Positions 44,510 to 54,848 of a DNA stretch of 64,000 nucleotides are shown in pieces. The notes beneath the pieces are model-generated. The model saw nothing but the letters and a program-made list of their open reading frames with translations. It did not search any database and was not told where the DNA came from. Location of the stretch: positions 111,125 to 175,124 of the forward strand of contig JAWLBL010000018.1 of NCBI GenBank assembly GCA_041687695.1, read 5' to 3'. The stretch's first letter is position 1, and the number at the start of each line of letters is the position of its first letter. The stretch is from Myxococcota bacterium. GTDB taxonomy: Bacteria > Myxococcota_A > UBA9042 > PHBI01 > JAWLBL01. Both the position numbers and the translations under genes were made by a program.

Positions 44510-47500
44510 GTGCGGTTGACGCCCTCGGACGACCTCGGCGCCTACGATCGCCTGAGCGGCTACGTGATCGTAGTCGACGGGGCCGGGGGGATCCTGGCGT
44601 GGAACCAGGCCTGCGTTCGGCTGAGCGGGCTGGGCGGCGAGCAGGTGCGGGGCCGGAGGGTGTGGGAGCTGGTGGCGGCGCCCGGGGAGGCCGAGGGGGT
44701 GCGGGAGGCGCTGGAGCGGGCGGCTTCGGAGGAGCGGGTGTGCTTCGAGAGCTGCTGGGCGGCCGGCGGCGCCCCGGCGCGGAGCATCGCCTGGTCGGTG
44801 AACCTCGACGGGCAGGGGCGGCGGCTGCTGACCGGGGTCGACGTGACCGAGGGCGTGGCGGCGCGGGAGGAGCAGCGGCAGCGGCTGCACGCGCTGATGG
44901 AGCAGGCGCCGGACGGGATCTTCGTGGCCGATCTGGAGGGCCGCTACACCGACGTGAACGAGGCGGGCTGTCGCCTCTTGGGCTACCCGCGCGAGGAGAT
45001 CATCGGCAAGACCATCGTCGATCTGATCCCGTCGGAGGACGTGGAGCGCCTGTGGCAGGCGCGCGAGCGCATGCTGGGCGGGCGCGTCGACGTGGCCGAG
45101 TGGCGGCTGCGGCGCAAGGACGGGGCGCTCGTGCCGGTCGAGGTCAGCGCCAAGATCCTGCCCGACGGGCGATGGCAGGGGTTGGTGCGGGACCTGAGCG
45201 CGCGCAAGCAGCTCGAGCGGGCGGTGCGGCAGAGCTACGCCGAGCTGAGCCGGGCGCAGTCGGCGGCGCGGATCGGCAGCTGGCGGCTGGACGTCGGCAG
45301 CGGCGCGCTGCGGTGGTCCGACGAGGCACATCGCATCTTCGGGACGGTCCCCGGGACGTTGATGACCTACGAGGAGTTCCTGAAGCGCGTGCATCCCGAG
45401 GACCGGGTCTACGTAGAGCAGACCTGGGCCGAGGCCCTGGCCGGGGCGCCGTACGATCTGGAGCACCGCATCCTGGTCGGGGACGAGGTCAGGTGGGTGC
45501 GCGAGAAGGCCGAGCTGGAGATCGGCCCCGACGGCGCGCCACGGGGCGGCCTGGGGGTGGTGCAGGACATCACGGAGCAGAAGCGGGTCGCCCTGGACCA
45601 GGCGCTGTGGGAGCAGCGCCTGAACGCCATCGTGTCCATCGCGCCGGACGCCATCGTCTCGTTCGACGAGGCGCGGCGCATCCTGCTGTTCAACGGGGGC
45701 GCCGAGCGCATCTACGGGTGGTCGCGGGACGAGGTGCTGGGGCGTCCGCTCGACGTGCTGATGCCCGAGGGGATGCGCGAGGTCCTGCGGGCGCGGGTGC
45801 AGGCCTTCATGGACGGGGAGGCCGCCTCGGCCCGGACGAGCGCCGGAGAGCTGGAGGTCTGGGGGCTCCGCAAGAGCGGCGAGGCGTTCCCGGCGGAGGC
45901 CGCCATCTCGAAGGTGGAGGTGGGCGGGCAGCGGCTGTTCACGGTGTGGGTGCGCGACGTCACCGAGCAGCGGCGGGCGGAGCAGGCCCTGCGGACGAGC
46001 GAGGAGCGGTTCAGGGTCTCGATGCAGGCGGCCCCGGTGGTGGTCTGGAACCAGGACGAGGATCTCCGCTACACGTGGGTCCACAACCCGGCGGCGCCGT
46101 TCGAGGTCGAGAAGGTGCTGGGCAAGACGGACCGGGAGCTGCTGCCGGCCGAGGACGCCGAGCCGCTCGAGGCCCTCAAGCGGCAGGTGATGGTTAGCGG
46201 GGAGGGCACGCGGACCATTCTGCGCACGACGGTCGGCGGACGGATTCGGCACTACGACATGACCATCGAGCCGCTGCGCGACGCGGAGGGGCGCGTCCGC
46301 GGGATCATCGCCGCCTCGTGGGACGTCACCGATCAGCGGCGGCGCGAGGACGAGCAGCGCGCGCTGGCCGAGGCCGGCGCCGCGCTGATGACCGCGACCC
46401 AGAGCGTCGACGGGCTGCTCGCCGAATTGGGGCGCGTGTGCGTCCAGGGGCTGGCCGACTGGTTCGTCATCGACCTGACCGGGCCCCTGGAGTTCCGCCG
46501 GCTGAAGGTGCAGCACGCCGACCCGGGCGACGCGGCGCTCGCGGCCGCGCTGGAGCGGGGCAGCCTCGATCGCTCGCGTCCTCACCTGATGTACGCGTCG
46601 CTGCGCAGGGGCGAGGCCAGGCTGGTCGAGGAGGTGACGCCGGCGCACCTCGAGACGATCGCGCAGGGTGAAGCCCACCTGCGGCTGCTGAGGCAGCTGG
46701 AGCTGCGGTCGTACATCACGGTCCCGCTGGTGGCGCGCGGGCGGCTGCTAGGGGCGTTCGCCCTGATGACCTCGCGTCGGTCGCGCCGCTACGACGCGAG
46801 GGACCTCGTGCTGGCCCAGCAGCTGGCCCGGGTGACCGCGCTGGCGGTCGACAGCGCGCAGCTCTACGAGCTGGCGCAGCGCGCCATCGCCGCGCGGGAC
46901 GACGTGCTGGGGATGGTGGCGCACGACCTGCGCAGCCCCTTGAGCGCGGTGCTGATGCAGGCGGACTTCATGATCCGGGTGGGCGCGGACTGCGGCGACG
47001 CGGCCGAGATCATCCGGCGCTCGGCGCAGCGGATGAACCGGCTGGTCGAGGACATGCTGGACGTGGCGCGCCTCGAGGCCGGCAAGCTGAGCGTCAACCC
47101 GGCGACGGTGGCCAGCCGGGTGCTGCTCGACGACGTCGTGAGGGCGCACGAGCCCGCCGCCTCGGCCGCGGGCCTCGCGCTGCGCCTCGAGGTCCCGGAG
47201 CACCTGCCCGACCTGCGGGTGGACCGGGACCGGCTGCTGCAGGTGTTCGACAACGTCGTCGGCAACGCCATCAAGTTCACGCCGGCGGGCGGCGAGGTCG
47301 TCCTGAGCGCCGAGCCGCGGGACGGGCAGGTGCTCTTCCGGGTGCGCGACACCGGGGCGGGCATCGCGCCCGACCACCTCGAGCACCTCTTCGACCGCTT
47401 CTGGCAGGCCCGCAGCGACCGCCGCGGCGCCGGGCTGGGCCTGGCCATCGCCAAGGGGCTGGTCGAAGCGCACGGCGGCCAGATCTGGGCCGACAGCGAG

Positions 47501-47545
47501 CCGGGTCGGGGCACCACGGTGTGCTTCGCCTTGCCGAAGGCCTGA
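44510..47545 (+). CDS. Cytoplasmic multi-PAS/GAF sensor histidine kinase
   Basis: About 5 PAS repeats, GAF, H-box AHDLRSPL, NAIKFT, DTGAGI, GAGLGL; no TM; start approximate. Confidence 0.92.
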   Translation: MRLTPSDDLGAYDRLSGYVIVVDGAGGILAWNQACVRLSGLGGEQVRGRRVWELVAAPGEAEGVREALERAASEERVCFESCWAAGGAPARSIAWSVNLDGQGRRLLTGVDVTEGVAAREEQRQRLHALMEQAPDGIFVADLEGRYTDVNEAGCRLLGYPREEIIGKTIVDLIPSEDVERLWQARERMLGGRVDVAEWRLRRKDGALVPVEVSAKILPDGRWQGLVRDLSARKQLERAVRQSYAELSRAQSAARIGSWRLDVGSGALRWSDEAHRIFGTVPGTLMTYEEFLKRVHPEDRVYVEQTWAEALAGAPYDLEHRILVGDEVRWVREKAELEIGPDGAPRGGLGVVQDITEQKRVALDQALWEQRLNAIVSIAPDAIVSFDEARRILLFNGGAERIYGWSRDEVLGRPLDVLMPEGMREVLRARVQAFMDGEAASARTSAGELEVWGLRKSGEAFPAEAAISKVEVGGQRLFTVWVRDVTEQRRAEQALRTSEERFRVSMQAAPVVVWNQDEDLRYTWVHNPAAPFEVEKVLGKTDRELLPAEDAEPLEALKRQVMVSGEGTRTILRTTVGGRIRHYDMTIEPLRDAEGRVRGIIAASWDVTDQRRREDEQRALAEAGAALMTATQSVDGLLAELGRVCVQGLADWFVIDLTGPLEFRRLKVQHADPGDAALAAALERGSLDRSRPHLMYASLRRGEARLVEEVTPAHLETIAQGEAHLRLLRQLELRSYITVPLVARGRLLGAFALMTSRRSRRYDARDLVLAQQLARVTALAVDSAQLYELAQRAIAARDDVLGMVAHDLRSPLSAVLMQADFMIRVGADCGDAAEIIRRSAQRMNRLVEDMLDVARLEAGKLSVNPATVASRVLLDDVVRAHEPAASAAGLALRLEVPEHLPDLRVDRDRLLQVFDNVVGNAIKFTPAGGEVVLSAEPRDGQVLFRVRDTGAGIAPDHLEHLFDRFWQARSDRRGAGLGLAIAKGLVEAHGGQIWADSEPGRGTTVCFALPKA

Positions 47546-47609
47546 GCGGCGCCGCCCCGTCCGGACCGACGCCGCCCCCGCCCACGGGCTGGCCCGCGCC
47601 GGCTGCGGG

Positions 47610-48176
47610 CTACTCGCAGAACCCGTCCTCGCAGCTCTGGCCGGCCGGGCAGCCATAGGAGCCGCCGCAGTCGGCGCCGAAACACTCGGGCAGCTCGGCC
47701 GAGCAGCCGGCGGCGTCGACGCAGTCGGCGATGGCCTGCGCCAGCTGCGCGTCGAAGTCGCAGCCCTGCTTGCAGGCCGCGACCTCGGTCGCGCTGAGGA
47801 AGCCGCAGGTCCGGGCCTCGTCGCAGGCGCTGCGGCAGGGGGTGTCGGTCGGGCCGGGGCCCTGGTCGGGCGTCGAGGTCACGTCGGGCTCGGGCGACGA
47901 GACGTTCTGGCAGGCGCCCACGTTGGCGCCGCTGGTCTTCACGCAGGTCTGGTTCGAGGCGCAGTTGTCGTCGGACAGGCACCCGCTCTCGCAGATGGCC
48001 AGGTTCTGATCCTGGCAGTACTGGCCGGCCTTGCAGACGACCGGGGCGCCCTCGAAGGTGGTCCCGCACGCCTGCGCCCCGGTCGGCATCGCGCCGCCGC
48101 CGCCGCCGCCGCCGCTGGCGTCACAGGCGACCAGGGCCAGCACCGACAGGCTCATCACCAAGCTCTTCATCCGCAT
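47610..48176 (-). CDS. Cys-rich lipoprotein
   Basis: AAGGAG RBS, lipobox LVAC, many spaced Cys. Confidence 0.85.
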   Translation of the reverse strand: MRMKSLVMSLSVLALVACDASGGGGGGGAMPTGAQACGTTFEGAPVVCKAGQYCQDQNLAICESGCLSDDNCASNQTCVKTSGANVGACQNVSSPEPDVTSTPDQGPGPTDTPCRSACDEARTCGFLSATEVAACKQGCDFDAQLAQAIADCVDAAGCSAELPECFGADCGGSYGCPAGQSCEDGFCE

Positions 48177-48517
48177 CGTCGTCTCCTTGCCGCGTTGGGG
48201 TTCGGAGACCTCATACGGATCGGCCGAGCACGGCGCCGTGAAATGCCGCGTGAAACGGCTGTCGCCTACCACGTCGGCCGCTCGGGGGGCCGAGGAGCCC
48301 GCCCAGGCGAGGCGGCGGCAGCGGCGGGAAACCTTCAGGTGGGCAGGCCCGGTCGGGGCGGCCGAGGCGGCGCCTGGATCGGGTGACAGGCTTCCAGTCC
48401 GTCGCGCATACTGGCCGTCGTCCGGGCCGCAGGGTGTAGGTCCCGAGTCCCCGGACGCGTGGGGCCGGTCGACCTGTCGTGGCTTCGCGCCCGAACCCTC
48501 GACGCGTGGAGGCGAGC

Positions 48518-51500
48518 ATGGCGAGCCGACGGTGGTTTCCCGTAGTCCTGGCGGTGTCCGCGCTGGCCGCGTGCGCCGATCCGGCGGCCGGGCCGGCCGA
48601 CGAGGCCGACGGGGTCTCGACGGACGCCCCCGGCGGCGGGCCGGACGGGGCTGGGGACGCGACCGCGCCGCCCAGCGACGGGGTCGCGGGGGAGGACGCC
48701 GCGGCCGACGCGCCCAAGGGCGTGGACGCGACCGGTGACGCCGTCAGTGAGCCGGGCACCTTCGGCGCCTTCTGCGAGTCCAACGAAGACTGCTACTCAG
48801 GCTGGTGCATCGAGGGGCCCCAGGACTTCGTCTGCACCAAGGAGTGCCTCGAAGGCTGCCCCGAGGGGTACGTCTGCAAGGGCATCGGCAACTCGATGGC
48901 CGACGTCGTCTTCTTGTGCACGCCGCGTTCGCTCAAGCTGTGCACGCCGTGCACGAGCGACCAGCAGTGTGCGGGCGGGCGGTGCCTCCTGCTCGATGGC
49001 GAGCAGCGCTGCGGCCTGCCCTGCGCGGGCGAGGAGGACTGCCTGCCGGGCTACGCCTGCCTGCCGGACCCGGAGGAGGCCGTCGAGGGCACCTGGTGCC
49101 AGCCGACGACCGGCAGCTGCGGCTGCAACGCCAACGTCGATGGGGGACAGCGAAGCTGCGCCGCGTCGAGCGAGCTCGGGACGTGCTTCGGCTTCGAGGC
49201 GTGCGACCCCGACGTCGGCTGGCTGGCCTGCACGGCGGCGCCGCCTTCCGCCGAGGTCTGCGACGGCCTCGACAACGACTGCAACGGCCTGGTCGACGAC
49301 GGGCTCGACGGCGACGGGGGCGGCGGCGGCCAGGCGTGCGAGAACGTCGTCGAGGGCGTCGGCGCCTGCCCGGGTGTCCGGGTGTGCTTCGGGCCGCAGG
49401 GGTGGATCTGCCAGGGCGGCGTCCCGGAGGCGGAGACCTGCGACTACAAGGACAACGACTGCGACGGCGCCACCGACGAGGGCTTCCACACGGACGGCGT
49501 CTACGACACCCCCCAGCACTGCGGCTCGTGCAACGTCTCCTGCGCCACCGGCTTCCCCAACGCGGCGGTGACCGACTGCCAGGTGACCGGCACCTCGGCC
49601 CAGTGCATCGTCCAGACCTGCCTGCCCGGCTACGTCAAGCTGAACGACTTCCAGTGCATCCCCAACGTGGTGAGCCTCTGTCAGCCCTGCGCCACCGACG
49701 ACAACTGCCTCGGCGAGGGGGCGGCCTGCGTGCCGGTCGGCAGCGGGACCCACTGCTCCCACGCCTGCGCCGTCGACCAGGACTGCCCGGGCGGCTACGC
49801 CTGCGAGGACGTCGGCAAGCCGCTCAAGATGTGCATCCCCAAGAGCAACACCTGCAGCTGCGACGGCACCAACCTCGAGCTCACGCGCGCCTGCGTCGAG
49901 ACCTTCGTGCCCCCCGACCCGAGCAAGCCCGCCTACGCCTGCTCGGGCATCGAGCAGTGCACCGCCGACGGCTGGGGCGGCTGCCAGGTCCCCGAGGAGG
50001 TCTGCGACGGCGTCGACAACGACTGCAACGGCCTCACCGACGAGAGCTACAAGGACGCCAGCGGCGCCTACAGCGACGTCCTGCACTGCGGCGCCTGCAA
50101 CATCTCGTGCGCGGCGTTCTCGTTCCCCAACGCGACGCCGCACTGCAACGCCGAGGGCGCCATCCCCTTCTGCGCCTTCCAGTGCGAGGCTGGGTGGTAC
50201 GACGTCAACGGCAACCCGGCCGACGGCTGCGAATGCCAGCCCACCGAAGGGCCGGATCTGGCCGGGGACGGCGTCGACTCGAACTGCGACGGCATCGACG
50301 GCGACGTCGCCGAGGGCATCTTCGTCGCCAAGAACGGCTCGGACGACGCCCCAGGCACCCTCGAGGCCCCCATGCTCACCATCGGCGCGGCGATCGCGCG
50401 CGCCTTCGACGAGGGCAAGCGCGACGTCTACGTCGCCACGGGCGTCTACTCCGAGAGCGTCGTCCTCGCCCCCGGGGTGGGGGTCTTCGGCGGCTACGCG
50501 TCGAGCTTCCTCAACCGCCACATCGTCCTGTTCGAGACGGCCATCCTCGGCGACGACCCCACGCCCGAGGCGCCGGGCGCCGTCAACGCGGTCGACCTCG
50601 GCGGCCCGTCGCAGGCCGAGCCCACCCTCCTCGACGGCTTCACCGTCTTCGGGGCCAGCGCCGCCAACCTGCCGGGCGCCAACTCCTATGGCGTCTACGT
50701 GCGCAACGGCGGACCGGAGCTGGTCATCCGCCACAACCGCATCTTCGCGGGCGCGGGCGGCGCCGGCAGCCCCGGCGAAGCGGGCGACTCGGGCGCCGCG
50801 GGCGTGGCCGGCGAACCCGGCCAAGACGCCTACGACGTGGGCAAGGTCTCGGGCGGCGTTCGGACCTGCGGCGCCGGCGACGAGAACCCGGGCGGCCTCG
50901 GGGGTGCGCTGAGCTGCGGCGGCGCCGACGTCTCGGGGGGCGCAGGCGGCCTCGGGCGGTGCCCGGCCTACAGCGTCTCCCCCGTCGCCGCCCAGGCCGG
51001 CGCCGACGGCCAGGGCAGCGACGCGGGCACGGGCGGCAGCGCCGGCTGGGACCTGCGCTACAACACGGCCTCGAGCTGCGCGAGCTGCAACGCCCCGCCC
51101 AGCGGCAACTCCTTCCACGGCAAGCCCGGGACCAGCGGCCTGTCAGGCGCCGACGGCCAGGCGGGCGCGGGCTGCGCGAGCGCGGCCGGGAGCGTCGCCG
51201 CCGGCCACTGGGTGCCGGGCGGCGGCACCGGGGGCGCGGCCGGGACGCACGGATCGGGAGGTGGCGGCGGCGGCGCCGGCGGCGGCGTCGAGGTCCAGGG
51301 GACCTCGTGCACCCAGACCTCCGGCAGCCAGGACCTCGGCGGCCACGACGTGGGCGGCTCGGGCGGCGGCGGCGGCTCGGGCGGCTGCGGCGCGACGGGC
51401 GGCGGCGGCGGCGGCGGTGGCGGCGGCAGCTTCGCCGTGTTCGTCGTCTTCGACGCGCCCCCCTCGGCGGTGCCGGTCCTGCACGACAACACGCTGCGCG

Positions 51501-51865
51501 CCGGCGCGGGCGGCGCGGGCGGCGGCGGCGGCCCGGCGGGCTCGGGCGGACCCGGCGGCGCCGGCGCCGACGGTGGGCTCTCGGCCTCGGGCGACCCCAA
51601 GGCGGCCTGCGCGCAGCCGGGGACCAACGGCGGCGCCGGCGGGCAGGGCGGCCACGGCGGCGGGGGCGGCGGCGGCTGCGGCGGCGCCAGCTTCGGGCTC
51701 TTCGTCGGGATGGCCGGCGGCGACAGCGGCCTCGTCGCGAGCTACAAGACCACCAACACGTTCGCGCCGGGCGGGGCGGGCGGCCCCGGCGGGCCGGGCG
51801 GTCCCTCGCTCGGCAAGCAGGGCACGGCGGGCGCCGGCGGGGCGGCGGGCGCCGCCAACTACTGA
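48518..51865 (+). CDS. Large Cys-rich surface lipoprotein with MopE-like (CDGxDNDC) repeats and Gly-rich C-terminal region
   Basis: GGAGG RBS, lipobox LAAC; EVCDGLDNDCNG, ETCDYKDNDCDG, EVCDGVDNDCNG; IFVA..GSD..PGT beta-helix-like start; PGRS-like Gly tracts. Confidence 0.88.
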   Translation: MASRRWFPVVLAVSALAACADPAAGPADEADGVSTDAPGGGPDGAGDATAPPSDGVAGEDAAADAPKGVDATGDAVSEPGTFGAFCESNEDCYSGWCIEGPQDFVCTKECLEGCPEGYVCKGIGNSMADVVFLCTPRSLKLCTPCTSDQQCAGGRCLLLDGEQRCGLPCAGEEDCLPGYACLPDPEEAVEGTWCQPTTGSCGCNANVDGGQRSCAASSELGTCFGFEACDPDVGWLACTAAPPSAEVCDGLDNDCNGLVDDGLDGDGGGGGQACENVVEGVGACPGVRVCFGPQGWICQGGVPEAETCDYKDNDCDGATDEGFHTDGVYDTPQHCGSCNVSCATGFPNAAVTDCQVTGTSAQCIVQTCLPGYVKLNDFQCIPNVVSLCQPCATDDNCLGEGAACVPVGSGTHCSHACAVDQDCPGGYACEDVGKPLKMCIPKSNTCSCDGTNLELTRACVETFVPPDPSKPAYACSGIEQCTADGWGGCQVPEEVCDGVDNDCNGLTDESYKDASGAYSDVLHCGACNISCAAFSFPNATPHCNAEGAIPFCAFQCEAGWYDVNGNPADGCECQPTEGPDLAGDGVDSNCDGIDGDVAEGIFVAKNGSDDAPGTLEAPMLTIGAAIARAFDEGKRDVYVATGVYSESVVLAPGVGVFGGYASSFLNRHIVLFETAILGDDPTPEAPGAVNAVDLGGPSQAEPTLLDGFTVFGASAANLPGANSYGVYVRNGGPELVIRHNRIFAGAGGAGSPGEAGDSGAAGVAGEPGQDAYDVGKVSGGVRTCGAGDENPGGLGGALSCGGADVSGGAGGLGRCPAYSVSPVAAQAGADGQGSDAGTGGSAGWDLRYNTASSCASCNAPPSGNSFHGKPGTSGLSGADGQAGAGCASAAGSVAAGHWVPGGGTGGAAGTHGSGGGGGGAGGGVEVQGTSCTQTSGSQDLGGHDVGGSGGGGGSGGCGATGGGGGGGGGGSFAVFVVFDAPPSAVPVLHDNTLRAGAGGAGGGGGPAGSGGPGGAGADGGLSASGDPKAACAQPGTNGGAGGQGGHGGGGGGGCGGASFGLFVGMAGGDSGLVASYKTTNTFAPGGAGGPGGPGGPSLGKQGTAGAGGAAGAANY

Positions 51866-51946
51866 GCGGCGCTCGCGGGGGGCCGTGGCGCCCCTCGCGA
51901 GCCTCGTCTGCTCTCAGGCGCCGCGGCGCCGGCGAGCAGGAGCGGG

Positions 51947-54739
51947 TCAGGCCCGGTCGAGCCGGCGTCGCCGCCAGAGCATGAACGCCAGGGTGGCGAG
52001 GAGGGTCAGGGCCGCCTCGCTGGGGCTCGGATCGCCGGGCGCCGCGCGGCAGCTGCACCCGCCGGGGTCGGTCGCCGCCCCGTCCCCGCCCACGTTGGCG
52101 TCGACGCCGGCGTCGCCCACCGACAGGTCGGTGCCGCCCTTGATCGGCCCAGCGTCGTCTCCGCTGGCGTCGTCCGTCGCGTCGGGGCCGGGGCCGGCGG
52201 TGTCGGTGGCCTCGCCGTCAGCCGGGTCGGCGTCGGGGCCGGGGCCGGCGGTGTCGGTGGCCTCGCCGTCAGCGGGGTCGGCGTCGAGGTCGGGGCCGGC
52301 GGTGTCGGTGGCCTCGCCGTCCGCGGGGTCGGCGTCGGGGTCGGGGCCGGTCGCGTCCGGGTCCGCGTCGGCCTCGGCGGTGTCCGCGGGCAGCTCAGGC
52401 CCGAGGTCGGTCGGGTCGGCGTCCTCGTCGCCCTGGCCGTCGGGGCCAGGCCCCGCGTCGGCGTCGTCCGTGGGTCCGGCGTCGGTCGGGTCGTCGCAGC
52501 CCGGCAGGGGGGCCGGGGTGGCGACGCAGGCGCCGGCGATGCAGGAGACCACCGCGCAGGGGGCGTCCTCGCAGTCGTCGTCGGCGTCGCACTCGGGGCC
52601 GGGCTCGCAGTCCGCGTCCTCGTCGGTCAGCCCGTCACAGTCGTCGTCGACGTCGTCGCAGGTGAGGTCGGCTTCGAGGCAGACCCACTCGCAGCCCTCC
52701 GCCGGGTCCTCTGCGACGGGCGCGTAGCCCGGCTGGCATTCGAGGACGCACTCGCCGTCGAGGCAGCTCCCCACCGCGCCGGGGGCGGCGCAGACGACGC
52801 CGCAGGCGCCGCAGTGGTCGACCGACGAGGCGAGGTCGGCCTCCGGGGTCTCGCAGCCCGTCTCGAAGACGCCGTCGCAGTCGTGCCAGCCGGCCTCGCA
52901 GCCCGTGACCACGCAGTCGCCGTCCGAGCACGCCGGCAGGCCCTTGGGGGGCGCGCCGCACGCGACCCCGCACGCGCCGCAGTGTTCGGGATCCACGGCC
53001 AGGTCCTGGAGCGGGTTCGGCGCGAGCGGGCAGGTGTCGTCGCAGTCCCAGACGCCGTCCTCGTCGGTGTCGGGCAGGTCCGGGTCCGTGCCCATCTCGA
53101 GCTCGAGCGCGTTGGGGCAGCCGTCGAGGTCGTCGTCGCCGTCGAACCAGGTGGTCACCTCGGGGCTCAGGAGGGACTTCTCGCTCGTGCCGACGAGGTA
53201 GTCCAGGCGGGCGATGTTGGCGTAGGCCCCTTGAGGGCCGAGGGAGACCGTGACCTCGCGGTGCGTCGTGGCGCCGACGGCCAGGTTGCCGAGGGACCAG
53301 GTCACCGTGTGTGAGGCTTCGTCGTAGGTGAAGGGGTCGGTCGCCCCGACCAGGGTGCTGCCGGGCGGCAGCGGGTCGACGAGGGCCGCGGAGAGCGCGG
53401 GCGCCGGTCCGAAGTTGGTGACCGTCAGGTGCCAGGTGATCTCGGGCGAGTCGGCCACGGCGGGCCCGGTCTTCTCGAGGGTCACGTAGGGCTGCCCCTC
53501 GGCGGTGGCGCAGTCGGCCTCGAAGAGCGAGTTGAGAAAGAGGCGCGTCCCCTGGGTCTTGGGGTTGGCGGTGATGGGCAGCTTCGTCTCGTAGGAGTGG
53601 CCGCCGAGGTAGCTGATCTTGCCCGCCGACGAGGTGCAGGCGGGCTCGGGCTCCTCGTCCCCGAACACGATGGAGGGCGGCTCGATCTTGCACGCGCCGT
53701 CCAGGTAGCCCGTCATCCAGACGTCCTGGACGCCCGCCGGGGAGCCCTGGCCCGTCAGCATCACGATGTCCTTGTCGTGATAGGTGTCGCCGGCCGGCAG
53801 CGAGTAGGCGGCCTCGCTGCCGCCGACGGTGCCGAAGGGGCCGTCGAGCTGGACGAAGGGGTAGCTGGCGTTGAGGAGCGTGACCGCGCTGGGCTGGGCG
53901 GCGATGTTGAAGCCGTTCGGGGTGAGGAAGCGCCCGTTGGGGTGGTTCTCGATGGCGTTGACCGCCTGGCACTGGGCGTACAGGTGGGTCGGGTGCGTCA
54001 GGAAGCTGCGCATCTCGGCGACGACCTCGGGGTTGGCGGCCGACTTCTTGACGTCCCAGTGCATGGTCATGAGCTGGCAGAAGACCGGCACGCCGTCGGC
54101 GTCGAAGAGCGCCCCGTCGGCGTGATCGGTCGTGGTCGGGCCGGCCACCATCTCGGCCGTGAGGACGTCGGGGTAGTCGGCGTAGCTGCCGAGCTTCTTG
54201 GCCGGCCACGGCTGCCCTTTCGAGTCGGGGATGCCGGCGGCGTTCAAGTACCGGAAGGGGATGTCCTCGTTGCCGTCGGCGAAGATGGCGATGGTGGGCG
54301 CGGCCGCGAGCTTCTTGGCGACGTTGGCCGTGAAGGCCTGGGTCACCACGTGGACCGCGGTGACGTGGGAGGCCTGCCAGACGTCCACCACCGGGAGGGC
54401 CGCGTCCGCGTGAGCGGCGGGGACCACGAAGGGCCCGGCGCGGTAGCCGTGCTGGTCGATGACCGCGGCCGTCTCGTGGTCGACCGCCGAGGCCACGAAG
54501 TCGGCCTGGCCAGCCTCCTTGCCCGGCATGATGACCCAGCGCACCGGCACCTCGGCGCGCAGGAGCGCGTAGAGGAGGCCATAGGCCTCGAGCATCCCGT
54601 GGTCCTGGTAGGTGGTGTCCATGGGGATGATGAGGCTGCCCGGCTCGAAGCTCTCGGGGGCGGCATGCGCCCCTGGCGCCGCGCCAGCCAGCAACGAGCA
54701 CGCCAGCCCCACCGCACACCAGACCCTTGCGACCTTCAT
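51947..54739 (-). CDS. Surface protein with DUF11-like Ig domain, Cys-rich and Asp-rich repeats and MYXO-CTERM-like sorting tail
   Basis: Signal peptide; LEKTGP...ITWHLTVTNFGP...DPLP; DxDxDG motifs; GGCSC + TM + RRRR tail. Confidence 0.85.
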   Translation of the reverse strand: MKVARVWCAVGLACSLLAGAAPGAHAAPESFEPGSLIIPMDTTYQDHGMLEAYGLLYALLRAEVPVRWVIMPGKEAGQADFVASAVDHETAAVIDQHGYRAGPFVVPAAHADAALPVVDVWQASHVTAVHVVTQAFTANVAKKLAAAPTIAIFADGNEDIPFRYLNAAGIPDSKGQPWPAKKLGSYADYPDVLTAEMVAGPTTTDHADGALFDADGVPVFCQLMTMHWDVKKSAANPEVVAEMRSFLTHPTHLYAQCQAVNAIENHPNGRFLTPNGFNIAAQPSAVTLLNASYPFVQLDGPFGTVGGSEAAYSLPAGDTYHDKDIVMLTGQGSPAGVQDVWMTGYLDGACKIEPPSIVFGDEEPEPACTSSAGKISYLGGHSYETKLPITANPKTQGTRLFLNSLFEADCATAEGQPYVTLEKTGPAVADSPEITWHLTVTNFGPAPALSAALVDPLPPGSTLVGATDPFTYDEASHTVTWSLGNLAVGATTHREVTVSLGPQGAYANIARLDYLVGTSEKSLLSPEVTTWFDGDDDLDGCPNALELEMGTDPDLPDTDEDGVWDCDDTCPLAPNPLQDLAVDPEHCGACGVACGAPPKGLPACSDGDCVVTGCEAGWHDCDGVFETGCETPEADLASSVDHCGACGVVCAAPGAVGSCLDGECVLECQPGYAPVAEDPAEGCEWVCLEADLTCDDVDDDCDGLTDEDADCEPGPECDADDDCEDAPCAVVSCIAGACVATPAPLPGCDDPTDAGPTDDADAGPGPDGQGDEDADPTDLGPELPADTAEADADPDATGPDPDADPADGEATDTAGPDLDADPADGEATDTAGPGPDADPADGEATDTAGPGPDATDDASGDDAGPIKGGTDLSVGDAGVDANVGGDGAATDPGGCSCRAAPGDPSPSEAALTLLATLAFMLWRRRRLDRA
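52179..52348. repeat. Intragenic 51-bp tandem repeat (17-aa DADPADGEATDTAGPxx, about 3.3 copies)
   Basis: Unit starts at 52179, 52230, 52281 and 52332. Confidence 0.85.
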
Positions 54740-54848
54740 GATGGCCTCCTCTTTGGCTCCACTGTGCACCGCATGGAGCGACGTCACAACCACGCCCTGG
54801 CCACGCGCCGGGGCTGACCTTCGGCGGGCTGGGCTGGCCCTCCAGGTT

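Noticed and set aside
50750..51865. Mycobacterial PE-PGRS protein
   Set aside because: No PE domain; the Gly-rich tracts belong to a myxobacterial Cys-rich lipoprotein
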